DNA of 64,000 nucleotides from Clostridia bacterium (GTDB lineage Bacteria; Bacillota; Clostridia; TANB77; CAG-508): NCBI GenBank assembly GCA_017613275.1, contig JAGAED010000006.1, positions 24,841 to 88,840 of the forward strand, read 5' to 3'. Shown piece by piece: positions 55,561 to 63,089 of this stretch (position 1 is its first letter; each line of letters starts with the position of its first letter). The notes under the pieces were generated by a model. It saw only the letters and a program-made list of their open reading frames with translations, ran no database searches and was not told where the DNA came from. The position numbers and the translations under genes were made by a program.

Positions 55561-56347
55561 GGTTGCTCAAAAGAAAGAAGACTCGTTGCTCCCTTTGCTT
55601 AAGGAAATCAACAAAATCTCATGTAAGATTTGTTTTGAACTTAACAAGGGCATTGTGGCTGTAGAGAATGTTGATGAAAACATGCTTGATACAGTAATAG
55701 GGCTGATAAATAGTTACTATACTATTATAAGCGTTGATATTGACAACACCAATGAATTTGCAACTAAAACAAATGATACTGAAAAGCCGACAACTTCAGA
55801 ACCGGAGCTTCCAGAGGATTTTGTACGGAAAGTTGGAAATGAATATATTGATAACAAAATCAGTGCGTTGTGCAAGTCAGTATATTGGTCATTGTCAAAA
55901 TGCAATGCCACCGAAAAAGAATTGGGCGACTATATTCAAACATGTATAAGTAAAATATCAATGAGATATTCGAAAAATTCAATTATAGAGTTTGAAATTG
56001 GTGATGTTGTTGAGGTCGATTTTGATTATGCACTCCCAGGTGAGCTTTATAAGAAACATATGCATGCAATTGTAGTTAGCTTGTTTAATGAAGAGCAAGC
56101 TGACGTTATACCAATAACAAAGAACAAAACAGATTCTAGAGATTGTATTTGTTTTGAGGCTCCTGAGGATGTTATTTACTATAATGATTATTTTACAGGT
56201 GGATCAGCGATTGCTGACAGAACTATACGCTTAAGAACGGTACGATTCATTTCTGTAGTTGGTAAAACAAAGAAAGAATTTTTTAAAAAACTTATTGAAG
56301 AACTTCCCAAGGCATATGACTTTAGGAAAGAATATATTGATTTGTAG
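55541..56347 (+). CDS. Two-domain fusion protein (268 aa): paralogous N-terminal ~60-aa domain + divergent PemK/MazF-like barrel
   Basis: ATG after CAGGAGGAAAACAAAG, overlapping the upstream gene by 20 nt; FEIGDVVEVDFDYALPGELYKKHMHAIVVS...ADVIPITKNK...RTIRLRTVRFISVVG. Confidence 0.7.
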   Translation: MKKLVFKVAQKKEDSLLPLLKEINKISCKICFELNKGIVAVENVDENMLDTVIGLINSYYTIISVDIDNTNEFATKTNDTEKPTTSEPELPEDFVRKVGNEYIDNKISALCKSVYWSLSKCNATEKELGDYIQTCISKISMRYSKNSIIEFEIGDVVEVDFDYALPGELYKKHMHAIVVSLFNEEQADVIPITKNKTDSRDCICFEAPEDVIYYNDYFTGGSAIADRTIRLRTVRFISVVGKTKKEFFKKLIEELPKAYDFRKEYIDL

Positions 56348-56355
56348 ACATTATC

Positions 56356-56384
56356 TGGGCAGGATTTATATCCTGCCCACTTTT
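56356..56384 (+). terminator. Rho-independent terminator
   Basis: TGGGCAGGA-tttata-TCCTGCCCA perfect 9-bp GC-rich stem followed by CTTTT. Confidence 0.8.
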
Positions 56385-56396
56385 AAATTCATAAAT

Positions 56397-56436
56397 AAAA
56401 AATCATCTAATATATTTATATTAGATGATTTTTTTG
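56397..56436 (+). terminator. Second terminator hairpin
   Basis: AATCATCTAATATA / TATATTAGATGATT perfect 14-bp arms flanked by an A-run and a T-run. Confidence 0.75.
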
Positions 56437-56544
56437 CGTAAAACCCTATACAAAAATAAAATTTAGATATATAATGTAAAAAAATTGTCTTCTAAAATTT
56501 TGGAATTCAATATATTAGTATAAAAATTGAAGGGATGATTATAC

Positions 56545-58032
56545 ATGAAATTAGAAAAAATTCTTCAAGGTCTTACAGACTTAAAACTTAGAGGCGACTT
56601 AAATACAGAAATTTCTGGTATAGAAAAAAATTCTAAAACAGTTAAGCCAGGATTTTTATTTGTTGCTATAAAAGGTTTTACAGTTGATGGTCATAAATAT
56701 ATAGAAAGTGCCATTGAAAATGGCGCAACAGCTGTTATGGTACAAGAGGGATGCGATTTAAAATCTTTAAAGATTCCAAATGATGTTACTATAATAATGG
56801 CAAAAGATACAAGATATGCATTAGCAATTTGCTCTGCAAATTTCTATGGAAACCCATCAAAAAAATTTAAATTGATTGGTGTTACTGGAACAAAAGGAAA
56901 GACAACTACAACATTTATGATTAAGGAAATTCTAGAAAAAGCTGGAAAAAATGTTGGTTTAGTTGGAACAATTGCTACATATATAAATGGAAAATTGATT
57001 AAAGAAAGTGACAGAACAACTCCAGAGAGTTTAGAATTACAACAAATATTTAGCCAAATGGTAGATGAAAAAGTTGAATATGTTGTAATGGAAGTATCTT
57101 CACAAAGCTTGAAATTACATAGAGTTGCTGGTTGTGACTTTGATATAGTTTTATTTACAAACTTTTCAGAAGACCATATCAGCGAAAAAGAACATCCAGA
57201 CATGCAAGACTATTTCAATTCAAAAATGATGTTATTCAAAATGTGTAAAACAGGATTTGTAAATACAGATGACCTATATGGGGCAAAGATTCCAAAGCTT
57301 TTCCCAGAAAGTGATATTACAACTTATGGAATTGACAATTCTGCAAAAATAATGGCAAGAGATATTACAATTACAAATTCATTTGTTGACTTCAGAGCAA
57401 AACTTGGTGAAAGAAATGACAGAGTAAAAGTTGGAATACCAGGAAGATTCAGTGTTTACAACTCTTTAGCTGCAATTTGTGTTGCTAAAAAATTGGGAAT
57501 AGACCCAGAAATAATTAAAGAAGCATTGTTGGAAGTTAGAGTTCCTGGACGTTCTGAGCTTGTAAAAAACAAACTTGAATTACCAATAATGATAGACTAT
57601 GCACATTCACCAGAAAGCTTAGAAAACATTCTTCAAGCTGTAAAAGGATATACAAGAGGAAATGTAATAAGCGTGTTTGGTTGTGGTGGAGATAGAGATA
57701 GTGGAAAAAGACCTATAATGGGCGAAATATCTGGTAGAATAGCAGATTTCACAATTATTACATCAGATAACCCAAGAACAGAAGATCCAGAAAAAATTGT
57801 TGAACAAATAGAAGCTGGAATAAAGAAAACCAACGGAAAATATAAGGTTATAGTTGACAGAACAGAGGCGATAAGAGAAGCAATTAAAATGGCTCACAAG
57901 AACGATTTGATTGTGCTTGCTGGAAAAGGGCACGAACCATACCAAGAAATAAATGGTGTAAAATATCCATTTGATGAGAGAATAATTGTTAATGAAATAA
58001 TCGAAGGGAAAGACAAAGGAAAAAAGAAATAG
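56545..58032 (+). CDS. murE: UDP-N-acetylmuramoyl-L-alanyl-D-glutamate--2,6-diaminopimelate ligase
   Basis: GVTGTKGKTTT P-loop, DYAHSP, and the DNPR motif typical of meso-DAP-adding MurE. Confidence 0.94.
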   Translation: MKLEKILQGLTDLKLRGDLNTEISGIEKNSKTVKPGFLFVAIKGFTVDGHKYIESAIENGATAVMVQEGCDLKSLKIPNDVTIIMAKDTRYALAICSANFYGNPSKKFKLIGVTGTKGKTTTTFMIKEILEKAGKNVGLVGTIATYINGKLIKESDRTTPESLELQQIFSQMVDEKVEYVVMEVSSQSLKLHRVAGCDFDIVLFTNFSEDHISEKEHPDMQDYFNSKMMLFKMCKTGFVNTDDLYGAKIPKLFPESDITTYGIDNSAKIMARDITITNSFVDFRAKLGERNDRVKVGIPGRFSVYNSLAAICVAKKLGIDPEIIKEALLEVRVPGRSELVKNKLELPIMIDYAHSPESLENILQAVKGYTRGNVISVFGCGGDRDSGKRPIMGEISGRIADFTIITSDNPRTEDPEKIVEQIEAGIKKTNGKYKVIVDRTEAIREAIKMAHKNDLIVLAGKGHEPYQEINGVKYPFDERIIVNEIIEGKDKGKKK

Positions 58033-58038
58033 AAAGGT

Positions 58039-59031
58039 TTGAGAAAATTGGATTTTAATATAATAATACTGTTAATATCTTTTGCAGTATCTGTAATTGC
58101 TGGAGTTATAACAATTCCACAACTCAAAAGATTAAAAGTAGGTCAAATAGAAAGAGATGATGGGCCTCAGTCCCATCTAAAAAAACAAGGAACTCCTACA
58201 ATGGGGGGAATAATAATAATTGCAACAATGATTATAGTTGTAACTGGATTGTACATATATTTAAATTTTGGCGCGAATCAAGCTGAAACAGCCAATAAAC
58301 TACTTCCAATGCTTATTTTAACAGTAGGCTTTGGAATAGTTGGCTTTATAGATGATTTTAAAAAATTGGTTTTAAAAAATACAAAAGGTTTAAAGCCGGC
58401 TTATAAGATGTTTGGGCTATTGCTTATATCTGTAACATTTGTGGTCTATTTAGTATATGGTTTGCAAATTGGAACAGATACATATATCCCAATTGCAAAA
58501 ACATTTGTAGATTTGCCAGTATATTTTTACATTCCTTTTGCGATTTTAGTAATATTGGGTACTACTAACGCCATAAACTTAACTGATGGAATAGATGGAC
58601 TTTCATCTAGTGTAAGTTCTTTAATAATAACAACTTTAACTATTATTGGAATACAAGGAGCTATTCCAGAAATAGGATTTTTTGGAAGCGCTGTAATAGG
58701 GGCAACTCTAGGATTTTTAATGTTTAATTTGCATCCAGCAAAGGTATTTATGGGGGATACTGGTTCTCTACTTTTGGGTGGTGTAATATCTGGAATGGCT
58801 TTATATTTAAAGATGCCATTATTACTTTTAGTTATAGCTTTAATACCAGTTTTAGAAACAATATCTGTAATGATGCAGGTTGCTTATTTCAAAAAAACTG
58901 GAAAGAGAATATTCAAAATGGCTCCTTTGCATCATCATTTCGAACTATCTGGCTGGAGCGAGAACAAAGTTGTTATCATCTTTTGTCTAATAACACTTAT
59001 TTTATGTGTTATAGGTTTACAAATAGTATAA
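58039..59031 (+). CDS. mraY: Phospho-N-acetylmuramoyl-pentapeptide transferase
   Basis: KKQGTPTMGG, NAINLTDGIDGL, FMGDTGSL, APLHHHFE motifs; start TTG 58039 (or 58048) uncertain. Confidence 0.94.
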   Translation: MRKLDFNIIILLISFAVSVIAGVITIPQLKRLKVGQIERDDGPQSHLKKQGTPTMGGIIIIATMIIVVTGLYIYLNFGANQAETANKLLPMLILTVGFGIVGFIDDFKKLVLKNTKGLKPAYKMFGLLLISVTFVVYLVYGLQIGTDTYIPIAKTFVDLPVYFYIPFAILVILGTTNAINLTDGIDGLSSSVSSLIITTLTIIGIQGAIPEIGFFGSAVIGATLGFLMFNLHPAKVFMGDTGSLLLGGVISGMALYLKMPLLLLVIALIPVLETISVMMQVAYFKKTGKRIFKMAPLHHHFELSGWSENKVVIIFCLITLILCVIGLQIV

Positions 59032-59052
59032 ATTTAGAAAGGAAAAAGAAAA

Positions 59053-60183
59053 ATGGCAAAAAAGAAAAAAAGTTTTTCAAGCTTTTTAAATAACCCAATG
59101 GATTTTCCGCTATTAGTAGTAATACTATTATTGCTGGCAATAGGCCTAATAATGGTATTATCAGCAAGTTCTCCATCAGCATTATCAGAAAGTGGAGACA
59201 GCTACAAATATTTTTCAAAACAATTATTATTTGCAATTTTAGGAATTGTGGCAATGTTTGCAATTTCTAAAATTGATTATAGATTTTATCAAAAATTTTA
59301 TAAACATGCATGGTGGATATCACTATTACTATTGCTATTAGTATTAGTAGCAGGAAGAAATGTAAATGGTGCAAAAAGATGGTTATATATAAACGAAACC
59401 TTATCATTCCAACCATCAGAATTAGTAAAAATACTTATGATAATCTTCTATGCAGGAATTTTAACAGTAAATAGAGATGAACTTGGGGAATATAAAATGG
59501 GATTCCTAAAGCATATGTGCTTACTAGCACCAATTATAGGACTATTAATGCTACAACCACACTTTAGTGCGTCAATAGTAATAGTAGGAATATGCTCAAT
59601 TATGATGATAGTTGCAGGGTGTAAATTCAAGCATTTTGCCTTCACGGCGGGATCGATAGGAGTGCCAGCAATAATGGGACTAATAATGTTTTCTCCATAT
59701 AGACTCCAAAGGGTTGTAACATTCTTAGATCCTTGGAAAGACAAAGCAGGAGATGGATGGCAGGTTATTCAAAGTTTATATGCAATCGGCTCAGGAGGCT
59801 TATTTGGAGCTGGTTTGGGCGAAAGCAAGCAAAAATATTTATATATACCAGAACCACACAATGACTTTATTTTCTCAATTTTAGGAGAAGAATTAGGATT
59901 TGTAGGTTGTGCGGTTGTAATAATTTTATTTGCGATTTTCATTTGGAGAGGAGTTTTAGTTGCAATGAAAGCTCCAGATATGTTTGGAAGTCTTGTTGCA
60001 GTTGGAATTACTGCATTGGTTGCAATTCAAGTAATTATAAATATTGCCGTTGTTACTTCATCAATGCCAGTTACTGGTATGCCATTGCCGTTCTTTAGCT
60101 ATGGGGGAACTGCCCTCTTTATGTTGCTGTGCGAGATGGGAATTTTACTTAATATTTCACGTGCAAGTAATAAAACGTCATAA
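59053..60183 (+). CDS. ftsW: SEDS-family peptidoglycan glycosyltransferase (FtsW/SpoVE)
   Basis: FQPSELVK, IPEPHNDFIFS, GMPLPFFSYGGTA motifs; 10 TM helices; position between mraY and murG. Confidence 0.92.
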   Translation: MAKKKKSFSSFLNNPMDFPLLVVILLLLAIGLIMVLSASSPSALSESGDSYKYFSKQLLFAILGIVAMFAISKIDYRFYQKFYKHAWWISLLLLLLVLVAGRNVNGAKRWLYINETLSFQPSELVKILMIIFYAGILTVNRDELGEYKMGFLKHMCLLAPIIGLLMLQPHFSASIVIVGICSIMMIVAGCKFKHFAFTAGSIGVPAIMGLIMFSPYRLQRVVTFLDPWKDKAGDGWQVIQSLYAIGSGGLFGAGLGESKQKYLYIPEPHNDFIFSILGEELGFVGCAVVIILFAIFIWRGVLVAMKAPDMFGSLVAVGITALVAIQVIINIAVVTSSMPVTGMPLPFFSYGGTALFMLLCEMGILLNISRASNKTS

Positions 60184-60199
60184 ATCAGTAAATAAGTAA

Positions 60200-60309
60200 G
60201 GTAAATATATATTCTGTGAGTGGTCAAGTGGGGACTGTTCCATGGTTCTTAGAGATTTATCTCTTAGAACCATGTGAATGGGGAGACCCGGGAAGAATAT
60301 ATATTTACC
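60200..60309 (+). ncRNA. Unclassified GC-rich structured element (candidate cis-regulatory RNA or MITE-like insert) between ftsW and murG
   Basis: Perfect 16-bp closing helix GGTAAATATATATTCT / AGAATATATATTTACC; inner 15-bp hairpin 60241-60274 (one mismatch); GGTC/GACC helix; duplicated RTGGGGA in the junctions. Confidence 0.45.
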
Positions 60310-60341
60310 ATTTAATTTATAAGATATAGGAGGAAAATTTA

Positions 60342-61481
60342 ATGCGAGTTATAATTGCGGCTGCAGGGACTGGTGGTCATATTAATCCAGGTCTTGCAAT
60401 AGCAAGTAAAATAAAAAAAGAACAACCTAATTCTGAAATCATTTTTATAGGAACAACAAGAGGTTTAGAAAATGACTTGGTTCCAAGAGCTGGTTATGAA
60501 CTAAAAACAATTGAAGCTTATGGACTAAGTAAAAAGATTTCTTTTGATAATTTAAAAAAATTATTCAAAACTTTCCTAGGATTAGGCCAGGCAAAGAAAA
60601 TTGTTAAACAGTTTAAACCAGATATTGTAATTGGAACAGGTGGATATATTTGCGGAGCTGTAATTACAGCTGCAAGTAAATTAGGAATTCCAACACTTTT
60701 ACACGAAAGTAATGCCTTTCCAGGCAAAGCAGTTAAAATGCTAGCAAAAAGAACTGATACCATTTTGGTTTCTTTCCAGGATGCAAAAGATAGAATTCCA
60801 GATGCTAATAGAGTTGTTTGCACAGGAACACCAGTTAAAATAAAAAAACAGGATTATGGAATTAATGAAAAAAATGAAATAATAAATGAATATGGATTAA
60901 ATGATTCAAAGCCAATTGTTTTGGTGTATGGCGGAAGTCAAGGTGCACAAAAAATAAATGAAGCTTTAATTGAAATTATTAAGGAGAAGCTAAACAAAAG
61001 CTATCAAGTCATTTGGGCGACTGGTCCAAAACAATTTGATATTATAAAAGACAGCCTGGGCGATATTGATATTGAAAATATAGAAAATATGAAGGTTGTT
61101 CCATATATTTATGATATGGAGAAAGTTATGAATGTTGCTGATTTGATAGTTGCAAGAAGTGGTGCAATGACCATTACGGAAATATCAAATTTGGGTAAAG
61201 CCTCAATTTTAGTTCCATTACCAAATGTAAGTAACAACCATCAAATGTATAATGCGAAAGTTTTGGAAAAAATAAATGCTGCAAAAATTATTGAAAATGA
61301 TAACTTGACTGGTTCTTTATTGAATGATGCTATTACAGGAATTGTTTCTGATAAGCAAACACTTAAGGTTATGGGGGACAGTGCTTATAGTATTTCAATT
61401 AAAGATACACAAGATAAGATTTTCCAAGAGATTTTAGCACTATTAAATAAAAATATATTAAAGCAAAAAAATAACAGATAA
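60342..61481 (+). CDS. murG: UDP-N-acetylglucosamine--N-acetylmuramyl-(pentapeptide) pyrophosphoryl-undecaprenol GlcNAc transferase
   Basis: AAGTGGHINPGLA N-terminus, GGSQGA, ARSGAMTITE motifs. Confidence 0.94.
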   Translation: MRVIIAAAGTGGHINPGLAIASKIKKEQPNSEIIFIGTTRGLENDLVPRAGYELKTIEAYGLSKKISFDNLKKLFKTFLGLGQAKKIVKQFKPDIVIGTGGYICGAVITAASKLGIPTLLHESNAFPGKAVKMLAKRTDTILVSFQDAKDRIPDANRVVCTGTPVKIKKQDYGINEKNEIINEYGLNDSKPIVLVYGGSQGAQKINEALIEIIKEKLNKSYQVIWATGPKQFDIIKDSLGDIDIENIENMKVVPYIYDMEKVMNVADLIVARSGAMTITEISNLGKASILVPLPNVSNNHQMYNAKVLEKINAAKIIENDNLTGSLLNDAITGIVSDKQTLKVMGDSAYSISIKDTQDKIFQEILALLNKNILKQKNNR

Positions 61482-61497
61482 ATCTGTTATTTTTTTA
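61465..61497 (+). terminator. Terminator overlapping the murG stop
   Basis: AAAAAATAACAGAT-aa-ATCTGTTATTTTTTT. Confidence 0.7.
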
Positions 61498-61526
61498 TTG
61501 AAATCTATTAGGTATTTTGTTATAAT
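61498..61526 (+). promoter_or_regulatory. Putative promoter of the histidine kinase gene (TTGAAA-17-TATAAT)
   Basis: Hexamers at 61498-61503 and 61521-61526. Confidence 0.55.
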
Positions 61527-61551
61527 ATCACCTAGAAAAGAGGAAGGTTTA

Positions 61552-62961
61552 ATGTTTAAAAATATACAATCAAAAATAATATTAGTAATGCTTTTATGCG
61601 GATTAATCATTATAGGAGGAATAGGTGTTAGGAATATAATGCTCTTAAATGATTTGGCAAATAATTCAGCCGAGTTAACCCAAAAAGTTGAAGAGGTTAG
61701 AACAAATGCTGAAATCACTTTAGTTATAGGACTGGTAGCATTTATAATAATAGCTTTTTTAATAAGATTATATCTTTCAAAATATGTTATTTATCCAATA
61801 AATAGATTAATAAAGGGTGCTGAAAATATTCAAAACAAAGACGATTCAAAGAAAACAATCAAAAAAGAAAATTTGGAAAATGCTGATGAAATATTTGGCT
61901 TAATGACAAAAGAATTAAAAGAACAATTGAATGAGGTTTCAACAAAGAAAAATCAAATTGAAACAATTTTAAGACACATGACAGATGGAATTGTTGCTTT
62001 TAATATGGATGGGGATATCATTTTAATAAATCCAGAGGCTAAAAAACTATTGAGCATAAGGCCTGAAGATGCTACATTTGAAGACATTTTCAATAAGTTT
62101 AAATTAGATATCAATATGGAAAAAATAATATATTTGGAAAATTGGACATCATCTGAACAAAGAGTTGAAGTTGATGATAAGTACATAAATATATTTTTTG
62201 CACCATTTAAAAATCAAGATGACAGGCCAGATGGTGTAATTGCTGTGGTTCAAGATATTACAGAACACGTAAAACTTGATAACATGAGAAAAGAATTTGT
62301 GGCAGATGTTTCTCACGAATTAAAAACTCCAATTACATCAATTATGGGGTATGCAGACACATTATTAGAAGGCGATTTTGATAAGGAAACACAAAGTAAA
62401 TTCTTAAATGTTATTGCAACAGAAGCAAGAAGAATGGCTAAATTGGTTACAGATTTATTAACTCTTTCAAGATATGATAGCAAAAAGAAGAAAACTGAAA
62501 AAGTTACTTTTGACTTGGGAGAGCTTGTTAAGATGTGTCAAGATAAGCTTGCAATCGAAATAAAAAAGAAAAACCATACAGTAAATTGCTTTGTTACTGC
62601 AGATGTTCCACCGGTTTATGCTGATAAAGATGACATTGAAAGAGTTGTGTTAAATATACTTACAAATAGTATTAAATACACAAAAGATGGTGGGGAAATT
62701 AAGATATATGTAGGCTTTGTTTATAATGATGCATATATTAAAGTGTTTGATAACGGAATAGGGATTCCTGAAGAAGATTTAAACAGAATATTCGAAAGAT
62801 TCTACAGAGTTGATAAAGCTCGTACAAGAGAGATGGGCGGAACAGGTCTAGGTCTTTCAATAGCAAAAGAAATATTAGATAAAAATGGGGGAAGTATAGA
62901 TATAAAAAGTGTTGTAGGTCAAGGAACAGAAGTTGTTATAAAAATACCTACAAAGAATTAG
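61552..62961 (+). CDS. Sensor histidine kinase (TM-HAMP-PAS-HisKA-HATPase), no adjacent response regulator
   Basis: H-box FVADVSHELKTPITSI, N-box LNILTNSIKYT, G-boxes DNGIGIP and GGTGLGLSIA; ATG 61552 after AGAGGAAGG. Confidence 0.9.
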   Translation: MFKNIQSKIILVMLLCGLIIIGGIGVRNIMLLNDLANNSAELTQKVEEVRTNAEITLVIGLVAFIIIAFLIRLYLSKYVIYPINRLIKGAENIQNKDDSKKTIKKENLENADEIFGLMTKELKEQLNEVSTKKNQIETILRHMTDGIVAFNMDGDIILINPEAKKLLSIRPEDATFEDIFNKFKLDINMEKIIYLENWTSSEQRVEVDDKYINIFFAPFKNQDDRPDGVIAVVQDITEHVKLDNMRKEFVADVSHELKTPITSIMGYADTLLEGDFDKETQSKFLNVIATEARRMAKLVTDLLTLSRYDSKKKKTEKVTFDLGELVKMCQDKLAIEIKKKNHTVNCFVTADVPPVYADKDDIERVVLNILTNSIKYTKDGGEIKIYVGFVYNDAYIKVFDNGIGIPEEDLNRIFERFYRVDKARTREMGGTGLGLSIAKEILDKNGGSIDIKSVVGQGTEVVIKIPTKN

Positions 62962-62962
62962 A

Positions 62963-63015
62963 AAATGGAAAACCTTGTTTTTGGGGACACTCCCCAAAAA
63001 CAAGGTTTTCCATTT
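62963..63015 (+). terminator. Longest, perfect PAL palindrome copy (24-bp arms), terminator of the kinase gene
   Basis: AAATGGAAAACCTTGTTTTTGGGG-ACACT-CCCCAAAAACAAGGTTTTCCATTT. Confidence 0.85.
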
Positions 63016-63036
63016 CTCAAAAATTTTTGCTAGCTC

Positions 63037-63065
63037 TTGCTAAAACTCAAAAAATATTATATAAT
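63037..63065 (+). promoter_or_regulatory. Putative promoter of lepB (TTGCTA-17-TATAAT)
   Basis: Hexamers at 63037-63042 and 63060-63065. Confidence 0.5.
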
Positions 63066-63089
63066 TGAATAGAATTTTTATGAAAAGAG

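Noticed and set aside
60200-60309. Calling the ftsW-murG element a c-di-AMP (ydaO-type) riboswitch
   Set aside because: Only the paired GGGGA motifs and the pseudo-symmetry are reminiscent. The element is shorter than ydaO RNAs, and I cannot match the other conserved segments by eye. It is reported as unclassified pending a covariance-model search.
2613-63015. The possibility that the repeated palindromes form a CRISPR array
   Set aside because: Copies are separated by kilobases of ordinary genes, not by 25-40 nt spacers. They occur in both orientations, and no cas genes are present.
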